Below, one piece after another: positions 17,246 through 30,679 of a DNA stretch of 64,000 nucleotides (the first letter of the stretch is position 1; every line of letters begins with the position of its first letter). The position numbers and the translations under genes are program-made. The notes beneath the pieces were generated by a model. It ran no database searches, was not told where the DNA came from, and worked only from the letters and a program-made list of their open reading frames with translations. The DNA comes from Eledone cirrhosa (Eukaryota): assembly GCA_964016885.1 (NCBI GenBank), contig OZ024743.1, positions 244,776,001-244,840,000 on the forward strand, written 5' to 3'.

Positions 17246-18613
17246 GAATAATCGAGTATCGAAAAATCGGCGCACGAGTTCACGATAAACAAAATTCGAA
17301 ATGAGTGGCAGAGGGCTCAATAATTCAGATAAATCAGAGCTATAACTATCGTTAAAATACCAACACACATAGAACATGTCTAAAATCAACCATACGACCG
17401 AAAAATTACGATCTGGAAGATTCGGGTCACTCAGATAAAATATCAATAAATCAATAAATCAAATGAATGTAAAAAGCTTACCCGGACCCGCTAGAAAGAT
17501 GGTAAATCTAGCTTCTTGGGTTTCTGTAAATCCTTAAATCGCCCTCTATCAGCCCACATAAAAATATATAAGACGTCTAGAAAGCAGCGGACAGGAATTA
17601 CTTTCTCAACGAGCTTTTGTCCGAACGAATAAAAAGGCACAACCCAAGTTGAAAACGCACATGGAATTCAGCAAGGGAGATAACCTCTATATCCGCAAAA
17701 AATATTCGGGAAAATGTGGAAAATCACATATCGAATAAGAGTGCTCAATAGACATGTTAAAATAAACAGGAGCTATTCATCATTTAATAGAATCGACAAA
17801 AAATGAACAATAAAATTAACTGGTCAATAGCTAAGTCTAGAGCTAAATATAGTAGAATAATCGAGTATCGAAAAATCGGCGCACGAGTTCACGATAAACA
17901 AAATTCGAAATGAGTGGCAGAGGGCTCAATAATTCAGATAAATCAGAGCTATAACTATCGTTAAAATACCAACACACATAGAACATGTCTAAAATCAACC
18001 ATACGACCGAAAAATTACGATCTGGATGATTCGGGTCACTCAGATAAAATATCAATAAATCAATAAATCAAATGAATGTAAAAAGCTTACCCGGACCCGC
18101 TAGAAAGATAGTAAATCTAGCTTCTTGGGTTTCTGTAAATCCTTAAATCGCCCTCTATCAGCCCACATAAAAATATATAAGACTTCTAGAAAGCAGCGGA
18201 CAGAAATTACTTTCTCAACGAGCTTTTGTCCGAACGAATAAAAAGGCACAACCCAAGTTGAAAACGCACATGGAATTCAGCAAGGGAGATAACCTCTATA
18301 TCCGCAAAAAATATTCGGGAAAATGTGGAAAATCACATATCGAATAAGAGTGCTCAATAGACATGTTAAAATAAACAGGAGCTATTCATCATTTAATAGA
18401 ATCGACAAAAAAATGAACAATAAAATTAACTGGTCAATAGCTAAGTCTAGAGCTAAATATAGTAGAATAATCGAGTATCGAAAAATCGGCGCACGAGTTC
18501 ACGATAAACAAAATTCGAAATGAGTGGCAGAGGGCTCAATAATTCAGATAAATCAGAGCTATAACTATCGTTAAAATACCAACACACATAGAACATGTCT
18601 AAAATCAACCATA
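17241..18613. repeat. Tandem repeat, ~610-bp unit, ~2.25 copies, bounded by microsatellites
   Basis: tagtagaataatcgagtatcg starts at 17241, 17850 and 18460; copies are near-identical. Confidence 0.93.
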
Positions 18614-18616
18614 TAT

Positions 18617-18675
<59 letters not shown>

Positions 18676-18826
18676 GGTAAAAACTCGTCACGGTCGAGTT
18701 TTTACCTTCCTCTATAACCACGCGGCTTCTTCCCATGCGTGGAATACTCCCCTGATTTGTGGTCTCCTCGGTCTCAGCACCACAAACCCTCTTTCTCTCT
18801 CTCCGTCTCTCTCTCTCTCTACACAC

Positions 18827-18894
<68 letters not shown>

Positions 18895-19012
18895 GTGTGT
18901 GTACACTTGATTATGTGGTTTAGATTCTTTATATATATGAAGTTGAAGGACTGCAACCAATGAGAAATATTCTTACTTAAAGTTTAAATGTTTAAATGCA
19001 AAATTATTTTAA

Positions 19013-19233
19013 CCCTTTTTATAGCAAACCTCGTGAAACCGTCTCTGGTCCTACGATACAAATCTCTTTGTTTCAAAGTGTTTATATTTATCTAAAAGCC
19101 TTCCATCATAATTTTATGTAGAAACTTTTTTAACTTTTACTCAAAGCACCAGCTTAGTAATGAGAAAATTATATTACTAAATTCTTTAAAATTCTTGATT
19201 AGAAAGTCTCTTTTATTAACGGTTACGAAAGGT
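19013..19233. mobile_element. Degenerate piggyBac-type MITE; same family as 39296-39746 in opposite orientation
   Basis: TTAA-CCCTTTT start; similar to the reverse complement of the right part of the 39296-39746 element. Confidence 0.55.
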
Positions 19234-19476
19234 TTATGGTAAGATTATATCAAGTAAGATCTTTAGCACTCTCAAGCTTGCACCTTCTCCATGTACCCAC
19301 TCATACAGAGACACACCCACGCACAAGACTCACGTTGATATATATGTACATTTGATCATACATAAGGATATTGAACGAAAAAACACAAATTTATTTACAG
19401 CGTACTGCTATATATATATTTATTTATTTATTTGCGTTCCAGCCGAGGGGCTGAGGCCATGCTGGGGCACCGCCAC

Positions 19477-19513
<37 letters not shown>

Positions 19514-19699
19514 TAATACATAGTATACACACACACACACACACAAACACACATATCAGACCGTGGCGCCAACCGGTTTCAGCCGACCGCGGTCGTGATT
19601 TTACATATCTCTATAATCACTCTTTATCTATGTATTGAGTACTCCCATGATTAACGATCTTCTCGGTTTCAACACCGTGACTCCCCCTTCTCTCTCTCT

Positions 19700-19737
<38 letters not shown>

Positions 19738-19738
19738 A

Positions 19739-19925
19739 TAATTGTTTCTGCATTTGGCACAAGGCCAGCAATTATCCCAGTGTATTACTGGTACTTTATT
19801 TTATGGACCCTGGAAGGATGAAAGGCAAAGTTAACCGAGGCGGGATTTGAACTCAGTCCATAAAGGGCCGTAACCCTTTGCTACAAAGCATGGCGTCCGA
19901 CCCTTTACCGATACTGCCAATCCAC
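19739..19925 (-). mobile_element. tRNA-derived SINE, family A
   Basis: Minus strand has A box TGGCAGTATCGG, B box GAGTTCAAATC and body gcctttcatcctt...ataaaataaagtaccag. Confidence 0.88.
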
Positions 19926-20030
19926 AATAATAATGTGAAGACTAAAATCCAAAGAGGGCTCGATAAGGATAAATATATATCAAATATATAAGAACCCTAG
20001 AGCAAATATTTATTAAAATAACAGATTAAA

Positions 20031-20059
<29 letters not shown>

Positions 20060-20064
<5 letters not shown>

Positions 20065-20410
20065 CTATACTTGGGGAGGGTCATATTGTTGTAATAATAT
20101 TGCCAGAATTAATAACAGAACACACTCACTGTTTGGTTGGTTTTCGCTTCTGTATCTTTTATATCAGTTAATTCATTTGGTCCTCAATGTTTACCATTGA
20201 CTGACCAACGGTCAAAAATACAGATATAATATAGATATAAACACATATATATAGTCTAACAAAGTTCTTTCGTTGCACATCTGCAACATCGTCAGTGGTG
20301 CTATTATGTTCCTCCTGTTGTATTGTATATCTACGCCATCTTTATTTTATCTGTTTATTAATTCTGGTAATATTATTACAATAATATGACCCTCCCGAAG
20401 TATAACAATA
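20060..20410. repeat. Element with ~58-bp imperfect inverted repeats enclosing a hammerhead-like core
   Basis: 20060-20118 mirrors 20351-20410. Confidence 0.75.
20256..20302 (-). ncRNA. Putative minimal type I hammerhead ribozyme (PLE type), possibly degenerate
   Basis: Minus strand reads acca-CTGACGA-t-GTTGCA-gatg-TGCAAC-GAAA-gaac-TT-tgtt: intact core, perfect 6-bp stem II, rudimentary stem III, imperfect stem I. Confidence 0.6.
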
Positions 20411-21102
20411 TTTGTTTCGACACACGATTTTATATAAAAAACCTCGCAAAAATATATATTATATATATATACGCACACACACCCGTCTTTGAAACAGTAA
20501 ATATAGAATTGCTTGCTTATTGCTTTTTACGGCAGCCCCTTTGGGAGCGAAGCACAACTGTTGCCATCCCCGCCATCTTATACCAGATTTAAACTTAGTG
20601 ATGCCCTAAGCCCATGGTCGGCGCTTGAGTATTTAGCACTCCAGACTAGCTCGACTATATATGCTCCTTTCTCCCAAATATAACAATTCCAAATGATATA
20701 TTTACAACGGGCTCTGCACCATAGACCGAACTAGTGGGGAATAAGTACAGTTTAGTGCTCACCCGACTCTTCATCATAATTTTCATTATTGGAAATTCAC
20801 AGTTATATATCTTCGAAGGTGTAGATTATGATTATGTTCATGAAACAAAATTAGGGTTCAGGCTAGGTATAAATTGTCGGGGTGGGAGTGGCGTCATTAA
20901 ATTGTAGTTATGGCTTTAGTTAGATATAATCTCCACATATGAACACTATTGCCCTCACGACATCCATTCTCTATCCTATTTCTCCCCTCTCAGGTTATTA
21001 GATATATATTTTCTGCGATCAATAAATATATCCCTAAACATCTTTACCGTGCGGAAATATCCAAAGTGATGGAGAAGGTCGTATGATGTTATGGCCCGTA
21101 AC

Positions 21103-21398
21103 CAGAGGCGTAACTAAGGTATGGCAAGTATGACACGTTCATGGGCGCCACATGAAGAGGGCACCACTTAAACTAGGGGCACGTTCTATTAAAGTCAAAT
21201 AATCCTCGTCGGAGAGTGAAAAAAGAAACTCCTTCAGATGTATGATGTGTCTCTGATTATCATGGGTGAGAACACTATGGTGGCTGGATTATTAAACCAG
21301 TTATATAAATTATTAGGCCCATAGGTAAAAATACAGTGCTGGGCAGTGGCACAATTTCACTGCTTGCCATAGGGGCTATTTCCCTAGTTATGCCACTG
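21103..21398. mobile_element. hAT-type MITE
   Basis: TIRs cagaggcgtaacta / tagttatgccactg; 8-bp TSD cccgtaac / cctgtaac (one mismatch). Confidence 0.75.
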
Positions 21399-21639
21399 CC
21401 TGTAACATGATTTGGCGTGAATGATGCAGGTTTAGTAATTTTCTTAGTCTTGTCAAAGTAAGAAGTGTCAAAAGCTAGGTTCGTCAGCCTGCCAAATTGA
21501 GAGAGGAGAAAAAAAGACCCCCTTCGGTCACCAATGACCATGGGATTTGCACCTAGAAAGTCCCCTTCCGAGGCACAAGTCCAGGCAAGGTTGTTTGTGA
21601 AAGACCAGCAGTCGCCCATGCATACCAGCCTACCCTCGC

Positions 21640-21847
21640 CACGCCACCGATGACGTCCAAGGGAAAGTCAATGGCAGATACAGCTTGACACCAGTGACGT
21701 CGCAGCTCATTTCTACAGCTGAGTAAACTGGAGCAACGTGAAATAAAGTGTCTTGCTCAAGGACAAAACGCATCACCCAGTCCGAGAATCTAACTCACAA
21801 CCTTTCGATTGCAAGCCCAATGCTCTAACCGTAAATCTATGCGCCTT
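21640..21847 (-). mobile_element. tRNA-derived SINE, family B (CORE-like); partial copies at ~33449-33535 (+) and ~35290-35370 (+)
   Basis: tRNA-like head followed by tgtccttgagcaagacactttatttcacgttgctcc, resembling the CORE-SINE domain. Confidence 0.7.
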
Positions 21848-22667
21848 CATTTGGGAGAATGGGGCGCATAAATGGAAGAAAGGGGGCGTATCTTGTAGAG
21901 CTAACCAAGAGCGCGAGATACCTAGGTACCGGTTTGATGTATGAATCATCTCCTACGAAACGTGACTTTGTTCTGAGTCAAAGGAAAATACAATTTGGCA
22001 AGACTCCTGATATTTGTAACTGCCGCCTTATCAAAGACACGTGTTGAAATACAATCTCCGTTCTAAATCTGTCGTGTTCTAGTGTATGTGTGTGAGTGAG
22101 TGTGTGTGTGTATGTCTGTGTAATATTTTAAGTTATTGATATTCAATCTTCTTTCTAAATTTCTTGTTCTAATGTGTGTAAGCGTATGTGTATCTCGGTT
22201 AATATGTCCGCGCGCGCGCGCGCGTGTGTGTGAATGTGTTTATGTGTATGTGGCCGTGTGTGTGTAAGTGTATGTGTATCTCGGTTAATATGTCTGTGTG
22301 TGTGTGTGTGCATGTGTTTCTGTGTGTGTGAAGTGTTTGTCTGTATATTTGTGAGTATTTATAATACGTAGTAATACTTTAACTCATTTATATTTAACCT
22401 CCTTTCTAAATCTGTTGGCTTGTCTGTGTATGTGATGTGTGTACGTGTATATATGTGTGTGTGCGTGCATGAATGTGTGTGCGTGCGTGTGTGTGCATGA
22501 ATGTGTGCGTGTGTGTGTGTGCGTGCGTGCTTGCATGAATGTGTGTATGTGTTTGTGTTTGTATATAATGATTTCTTAAGTCAATTTATCTATATGTATA
22601 TATAGATATTGATCTATATAAAAAAGAAAATGTTCGCTCTACATGGCTGAATACAATAAATGTAATT

Positions 22668-22867
22668 TGAGTTTTTCGAATATTAATGATAACATTCGAT
22701 TCCTTTGCAATTATACAAACAAGCCTCAATTTTACAGCCATATCAGTAGAATGAATCCTTCATTCTTGCTCTTGTGTTGGTATATGCCATTACATGGCTA
22801 TACAATTGAGGCTTGTTTGTATAATTGCAAACGAATCGAATGTTATTATTAATATTCGAAAAACTCA
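22668..22867. repeat. Inverted repeat, arms ~74 bp, spacer ~52 bp
   Basis: tgagtttttcgaatattaatgataacattcgatt... is mirrored by ...aatcgaatgttattattaatattcgaaaaactca. Confidence 0.9.
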
Positions 22868-23049
22868 GATATTGATCTATATGTATATATAGTGACTTAC
22901 ACTTATGTTGAAGTAAATAAATTTTTTCGTCGGACCTAGAGGTTTCATACGTCGTTAACATTCGTTAGCGAGATGGACGAGAAGGGTGTGAATGTTCATT
23001 GGGGAGAAAACAGTCTGGTTTAAGAAATTGGTGATTGTCGAGGGTCAGA

Positions 23050-23334
23050 GACGAGCATACACTGCTCAGTTATGGTGTGTTTCAGTTTCGTTTCAATATA
23101 CGGGCATGTAGAATGAATAGCTTGACAGATTTTACAGGCAAAACCAAACGGCAGGAGACCCAGAAGTAGAGCTCGAGCAAGATGGCTGGATAATATCCAC
23201 GAGTTCGACTGGTCTCGTTTGGGGATCTAGCCGGTTCAATTGGAAACAGTTGCTTCTGACAGGACTCGCTAGCAGGTGTGCTTGAGGACTCTGCCACACG
23301 GTCCTCCCAGGAATAAGTGGGCGAAGAAGAAGAA
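23050..23334 (+). mobile_element. RTE-clade LINE 3' remnant with (GAA)n tail; related copy at ~31987-32122
   Basis: Translates KPNGRRPRSRARARWLDNI, similar to the RTE C-terminal GRP..W.D motif. Both copies share gtgcttgaggactctgcc and a gaagaagaa tail. Confidence 0.6.
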
Positions 23335-24448
23335 TCTTTTTCATGTGCAGTGGCCATGACTTCAATTTTTCAGACATTTTTTCAAAATGCTTTTTTTTTA
23401 AATTTCCAGTCCAACGGCCCACTGGGCATTGTTCCAGCCACCCTCTGTTACTGGCTGTCTTACTGGGTTGTTGCATTTTCATTTATGTATACTGGGCACT
23501 CACACTTTTATTCGCTTTCATACACTTGGTGTATCCGCACGCTTATACAGTTAAACCTGGTATGTATGATTTCCGCCCGTCTGTCTCTCTGTCTGTCTGT
23601 CTGTCTGTCTCTCTGTCTGTCTGTCTGTCTGTATGTATGTCTGTATGTATGTATGTATGTATGTATGGCTGTATGTATGTATGTATGTATGTATGTATGG
23701 CTGTATGTATGTATGTATGTATGTATGTATGTATGTATGGCTGTCTGTATGTATGTATGTATGTATGTATGTGTGTATGTATGGCTGTATGTATGTATGT
23801 ATGTATGTATGTATGTCTGTATGTATGGCTGTATGTATGTATGGCTGTATGTCTGTATGTATGGCTGGCTGTATTGGTGGATGGATGAATGAATATATAT
23901 GTGTAAGTGCGCGAGTATGAGTATACCTAAGTGTAAGTGTGTATGTATAGATATGCGTGTATGTATGTATATATATGTATATGTATGTATCTATCTCTCT
24001 CTCTATATATATATTTATATATATATATGCGTGTATATACGTATGCACGTTTGTATGTCGGTATGTACATACACATTTACGTATAATTGATGTATATATG
24101 TATGTATGTTTGTAAGTGTAGGTGTTTGCGTGTGTTTGTGTGTGTGTGTGTGACGGCAGCAATGATTCGCAGATGTTAATGCTGTTTATATTCATAGTCA
24201 GTCAAAAGATTCGTTAGATGTAACACCCCCCCCCCCCCACCTACTATCTTCTTTCATAATCCGTTCCACTCTTCACATACTCTCTCTCTCATCTTTCTGC
24301 ACTATCTCATTACACTTCGTTCTTTATCCTGTATTCACTCACCGTAGCTCAACGATCTGTTTTTATCAGACTTGCACGTGTCTCACTATTGCACTGGCGA
24401 AATGTCTTCAGCAAACAAAGCAATACAACACGGTTTCGGCTCCCCGTC

Positions 24449-24632
24449 GGATTGGTAGTATCGGTAGAGCGTCGGACACTATGCTTTACAGCATAGAGTT
24501 GTGGCCCTTTACGTTCTGAGTTCAAATCCCGCCGTGCTTAACTTTGCGTTTCATTCTTACGGGGTCGATAAAATAAAGTACCAGTAATGTACTGGGTAAT
24601 TGCTGGCCTTGTGCCCAAAGTAGAAACAATTA
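24449..24632 (+). mobile_element. tRNA-derived SINE, family A
   Basis: A and B boxes plus the family body. Confidence 0.88.
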
Positions 24633-25092
24633 ATTCTAAAGCCAGCAGAACCCCCCCCCCCCCCAATCTCTCTCGTTTCTCCTCCATTTCTCACACACAC
24701 TCACACTCTCTCTCTTTCTCTCTCCCTCTCCCCCTCTCTCACTCTCCTCCTCTCTCTATATATATGTATATTATTATGTATGTTCTATTTCCACCAATAG
24801 AGAGTGAAAGAGGGGAAGAGCGACCGAGCGAGAGAGAGAGAGAGGGGGAGAGAGAAAGAGAGGTGGTTGCTAACATAAGTATGTATGTAATATTTGAACA
24901 AATTAAAAGTTTTAGCACAGAACCTCTGTTCTCATCCTCTCTAGGTATCTTCAGAAATTGCCATATCCTAAAATATGTGGATGCAGATAGGAACATTTCA
25001 AAGAATTACATAGAAATATCATATTCAAAAATATAGAAAGACATAACGGGTTCACGAGGGATGTTTCAATAGAGCTTCAGTCACGAGCATAC

Positions 25093-25345
25093 TTCACTTC
25101 ACTTTTCCTTTCATCCACCAGGGTCATGGAGGCGCTGCAGGGTAATTAATGTACCACTTCTCTCAACCATCTTTGTTGCAAGTTAGTATATGGGTTGTTG
25201 TGAGGTTTTTACCAAGCCATTCTTTGATGTAATCTACCTATTTGTTCTTCGGACGTCTTTGTTTTTTTCCTACTAAACTGACTCTTTGGGGGATGGTCTT
25301 GGCTAGTTCAGCAGTTATTGTCATCTGACCATACCATCTCGGTGG
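25093..25345 (-). mobile_element. Degenerate RTE-clade LINE 3' remnant
   Basis: Minus strand gives RWYGQM and GRPK-like...VDYIKEW patches and a short tandem tail. Confidence 0.45.
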
Positions 25346-25550
25346 TTAGCAGCTATTTCGATTATTGTGCGAATGTTTTCGTTGCAGTATTTACCTCTGT
25401 AATTCTGATGGGAACGCTCACATCTCGCAGACATAAAAAGAACAGAGAAACAGAATAAATAGAATGAGCTTTACGTCATTTGACGAAGTGAAGAGAGTTA
25501 GTTCATGTGTACTAATAAGCTAACAGTACATATAACAGTCAGCCGGATAC

Positions 25551-25586
<36 letters not shown>

Positions 25587-25687
25587 CATATATATGTGAG
25601 TGAGGGTACATAAGGTTTTGTTTATGTATATCTTTTCTTTATAATTTTACCTTTTACCCGCGTGGGACATAAAAAAAACCTTACTTT

Positions 25688-25724
<37 letters not shown>

Positions 25725-26101
25725 CAAGGGTAAAAATATAATTGTATTTGCATGAAGAGAACTATGTAGGAGAGTATATGGTTGCCAAATAGTTTTATAC
25801 AAAACTCAATGTGATTATGTAGTTACAGGTGGAAGATATGAGACATATTCTCAATGATAAAGACATAGAGCACTTCCAACAAAAGAAAATGATAGAATAT
25901 AGATCTTATCTCATTTAATGTTTTACACTTGTTTTGGCATTACTACCAATTAATACACAGTAAGGCAAAATTCAAGATGGAATAAAATTGTGTACAACGT
26001 GTGTATAAAAGGAAGCAACACCTCGTCAGAAGCAAAATAAGCAACCCCCCCCCCCCCCCAAAAAAAAAAAAACAGCAGCAAAATACGCTGATAGGTCGAG
26101 C

Positions 26102-26955
26102 CATTGGCGGACTGGGTCTAAAAATATTGGTTGCCAGGAGATAAAGGGGGCCCACCTACATATAGAATGCTTTCATTTAATTTTTATAATGAATAAATAA
26201 CATTTTTCGAAAAATACATAAGTGAAAACAAAAGATTTTTGCTGCAAAATATCTTACCTTCTCCAATAAAAAATATTATGTATTTTGCGAAATCCAGAGA
26301 CTTTCAATAATGACCAGAAATCGACCCTAAATATTACTAATAGCACTAGGAAAGCCATGAACTACACCACATCTTTTTAACTTTGATTTTGAAAGTAGAT
26401 TTATAATTATCAATTTTAATTATCTTTTTGTAGCTGTCTCGGAGGAATCATAGACGGTGGTTTTCCTGGTCTGAAGTTCGATCCTGGTCGGGAGTAGGGT
26501 TCCCGGTAAACCTTTTCAGTTTTTTTTCTATTGGTTGTAGAATAAAAACCGAAAAAGGTTACATGTACCTCTTGACAAGGATTGAACCCAAGGCTAGGAT
26601 CTCCACCGTCTCTAGTACCTACCGCTAGGCCACAGAGATAACTACGAAAAATCTTATGAAAATTCAAACTTATAAACCAGCTTTCAAAATTTTCCAAAAC
26701 AAAATGATGTGGTGTCGTTCATGTCTTTCTTAAGGTTACTGCTCCTACTTAAGGTCGACTTCTAAATCATTTGAGTGTTCCATAAACTATATCCTCGTTT
26801 TGTTTCTCATCTGTCTAGACTACATTTTAACCTGTAATCCATGTTTCATTTCTGTTCCACCTCATTTCCCCCCCCCTCTCCTATGATTTGGGCTTACCTT
26901 ATTCCTATATATATGTTTTTGCATGTCAGTTAGGTTCACACTTACAATGATTGGC

Positions 26956-26988
<33 letters not shown>

Positions 26989-27208
26989 TGGCGGACTAGG
27001 TCTAAAAATATTGGTTGCCAGGAGATAAAGGGGGCCCACCTACATATAGAATGGTATCATTTAATATTTATAATGAATAAATAACATTTTCGAAAAATAC
27101 ATAAATGGAAACAAAACGGTGCAATCAAATTTTTGCGGAAAAATATCTTACCTTCTCCAATAAAAAATATTATGTATTTTGCGAAATCCAGAGACGTTCA
27201 ATAATGAC
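26102..27208. repeat. Direct repeat pair ~210 bp (26102-26313 and 26986-27208); likely DNA-transposon end fragments
   Basis: cattggcggact(g/a)ggtctaaaaatattggttgccaggagataaagggggcccacc occurs twice. Confidence 0.8.
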
Positions 27209-27229
27209 CTTTGGTCTTTCTCACTCACT

Positions 27230-27332
<103 letters not shown>

Positions 27333-28105
27333 AATGCATGTATGTATATATATGAGAAGCTTCAGTATAGTTTCTATTTACCAGAGTTAACTCACAAGGC
27401 GTTCGTCACTAAGGGGAATCATTAATTCAAAATGCCCTGCAGTGGGATCGAAACCGAAACCACATACCGCTTGCACCTATATATATGGTGGCACTGGCGG
27501 ATGAAGCTTTCATGGGGCTCCTTTCTGAAAATTTAACCGGGACCATTGCGTATTATTTACGGTAGCAGATATTCGTTGTTTAGTTTCAGACCAGTTTTCA
27601 TCAAACAACGATCAAATATGTTCCACCTGTGGCTATCTGGTCTTTTATTTAGATATAGTGTATATAGATTAGTGGAGTGTTAACAGTGTTTTATTCCAAA
27701 TGCTATATTGTATTACAGAATACATTTATAGATATTGTATATACAAGCAAGGTGTTTACATATGTCTGCAATCTAGTCAGCTATTTGTTCTTTCATCCAT
27801 CACTAGAAGGTGGGACCAGAAGGTAGACAAAGTTCAGGCTTCTGCTGATTCTAACACTGTAAAAGCTTTCTATGCAAGTCTGAGAAATGTTTGCGGTTCC
27901 TAGAAAGGTGGTGACATATCAATAATGAATTTACCGAGAAAAACTATAATATGAAACGCTGGACTACTAAGTGGTATTATGAAACACTAATCTACTAAAC
28001 AATATTACGAGAAGATCAAACACTGGATAGTAAACACTCTTGAATTTTGAATGTATACAAACGTTACCGGTAAATACCTGTTTAAATTTATCTTCAAATA
28101 TAGAG

Positions 28106-28414
28106 CAGTGATTCTCAACGTGGTCCAGGTGGACCACCGGTGGTCCACATAGCATTTCTAGTGGTCCACAGAGAATTCGTAGCCATAAAAAAATTGTAGC
28201 CATTTCACAAAAATGTAACTAATATAATATTTTGTTTAATTACACACATGTCCATTATATTTGAAGATTTCGAGATCACAGCTCTGATACTATAGGCATG
28301 TGGTTAGAATGTCTCTAGCAGTTCTATTACAAAAGATTTAAAAGTTTAGGTGGTCCACAGGAAACAATTACTTATTTTGGTGGTCCACGGCGAAAAAAAG
28401 GTTGAGAACCCCTG
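28106..28414. mobile_element. hAT (Charlie-like) MITE inserted into an old LINE RT remnant
   Basis: TIRs cagtgattctcaac / gttgagaacccctg; perfect 8-bp TSD ATATAGAG; the flank encodes KAPGVDIIP. Confidence 0.9.
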
Positions 28415-29011
28415 ATATAGAGTAACTACCGTTCAAGAGACAGAACCAAGGAAAGCTCCTGGAGTTGATATCATTCCCAAGAGATCTTATAAGATTAGAG
28501 AGGAAGTCTTGCGCTGCGGCAGATAGGATAGTATTAATTCATATCCGGATCCTAAGGCGTTCGTGTATTTCAGGTCCCTACTGGCACCTTACACCCCCCA
28601 CCCACCCACCCAAAATGATAAAATAAATAAATTGACGATTTCGATGTCTCTGCGGGGCTCTTAATTTTTAGCCTAGTGAGCTTTATTAATAGTACGGCCC
28701 TGAATGCGTGATGACCCCTCGCAACTGGTGTTCTTTGAAGGAATTCCTCCTATATATTTGTTGTATGCCGAGTCACAAGCATCCCTTTGTCACTCACACT
28801 GTTAGAAGTGTAATGAACCAGTGATTATTCGGTTGCAAACCTGTAACCAGCGACGCTATTGTTCACAAACAGAAATATATAATGTAATAAATAATATAAT
28901 CAATTTTTTGTTAAGATTTATATTTTTAAATCTTGCCAATGTGTCGATAATATAATCAGCAGCAGCAGTAGTTGTTCTTCAGTGTGTCATGTGGACCCTC
29001 TCTCTCTCTGT

Positions 29012-29062
<51 letters not shown>

Positions 29063-29065
<3 letters not shown>

Positions 29066-29162
29066 GGTGTCCCTCAAAAATGTATACACACTTCAACAGC
29101 ATTCTAATAAATATTGCCTGTACAGGTAATCAAAGTGTGTATACATTTTTAGAGACATCCTG
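29063..29162. mobile_element. Tc1/mariner-type 100-bp MITE in a TA site; partial second copy at ~29176-29225
   Basis: TA-cagggtgtccctcaaaaatgtatacacactt ... aagtgtgtatacatttttagagacatcctg-TA. Confidence 0.8.
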
Positions 29163-29496
29163 TATATATATATACACAGGGTTTCCCACAAAAATGTATG
29201 CACACTTTGATTACCTGTACAAATATGTGTGTATGTGTGTGACATGACGTGAACAAAGACATTACACAAGTTTAGTTTCGAGACTATTGTCCCTTATGTC
29301 TTGATCCATTATTAATCTAATCTATCAGTCAGTGTGTCAACCAGAAAATCAATTAATTTCGATCTTAGTGCAGTGGGGATGGGGCGGGGGCGGTGGTGGT
29401 GTACTAGCATTGTTTAGTTTCCGCTTTCTACATGTTGTTTCAATATATCATGGAGGCTAACTTATTTTTTTAGTTTAGTTTCAGATCAGTCTTGAT

Positions 29497-30199
29497 CAGT
29501 AGTTCCCAAACTGGGGTCCGCGGTCTCTTAGGGGACCGCGAAGGCTTAGCCAAATTTTCATGGTATACTGTGATTGAAGTTTTAAATCTTGGAAGCAATT
29601 TTTCTTTTAAATCTAAGAAGCAATTTTTCTTTTAAATCTAGGAAGCAATTTTTCTTTTAAATCTAAGAAGCAATTTTTCTTTTAAATCTAGGAAGCAATT
29701 TTTCTTTTAAATCTAAGAAGCAATTTTTCTTTTAAATCTAGGAAGCAATTTTTCTTTTAAATCTAAGAAGCAATTTTTCTTTTAAATCTAGGAAGCAATT
29801 TTTTTTTAAAATCTAAGAAGCAATTTTTCTTTTAAATCTAGGAAGCAATTTTTCTTTTAAATCTAAGAAGCAATTTTTCTTTTAAATTTAAGAAGCAATT
29901 TTTCTTTTAAATCTAGGAAGCAATTTTTCTTTTAAATCTATGAAGTAATTTTTCTTTTAAATCTAAGAAGCAATTTTTCTTTTAAATCTAGGAAGTAATT
30001 TTTCTTGAATAAACATTTGACTCTAACGTGCAAACTATAGGAGGTTCATTCCCGCATTATATATTGTCGTGCATTTCATAAAAGTTTGTCTTTGAAAATT
30101 TTTGGAAATGCTGCCATAATATGATAGGGCCCGCGAGGCATCCAAAAAATGGTAAGGGGACCGCCAAGAAAAAAATTTTGAAAATTTTGGGAACCACTG
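29497..30199. mobile_element. hAT (Charlie-like) MITE with an internal 25-bp minisatellite (~17 copies, 29581-30005)
   Basis: TIRs cagtagttcccaaa / tttgggaaccactg; perfect TSD GTCTTGAT; unit atcta(a/g)gaagcaatttttcttttaa. Confidence 0.92.
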
Positions 30200-30295
30200 G
30201 TCTTGATAAAGCAACAATCAAATATATATTCCGCTTGTGGCTATCACATACATTTTGGTTATGGGTTTGATGTTGATGTAAGGGCACTGCAGCAT

Positions 30296-30484
30296 TGGTG
30301 GATTGGCAATATTGGTAGAGGGTCGGACGCCATGCTTTGCAGCAAAGAGTTACGGCCCTTTATGGTCTGAGTTCAAATCCCGCCGAAGTTAACTTTGCCT
30401 TTCATCCTTTCGGGGTCGATAAAATAAAGTACCAGTAATGCACTGGGATAATTGCTGGCCTTGTGCCAAAAGTAGAAATAATTA
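30296..30484 (+). mobile_element. tRNA-derived SINE, family A
   Basis: A and B boxes plus the family body. Confidence 0.9.
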
Positions 30485-30679
30485 TTTCAATACCTTGCTC
30501 ATTGATACATCTTAGATGAGAACAGTTGACTGTTTGGTAAACGACTTTGATATATCCCCAACTGTCTGATGTGTCATGTGTCATGTGTTAGTTCCTATGT
30601 TGTACTAATTCCTAAAGTAACACAGTTTATTCAATGTAGAGGTATCGATTTATAAAGTGCTGCTATTCACCCTCGTCCA

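Noticed and set aside
29581-30005. CRISPR-like appearance of short regular repeats (also 4417-4634, 11812-12400 and 38061-38156)
   Set aside because: Units are contiguous with no unique spacers, there are no cas genes, and the context is eukaryotic transposons.
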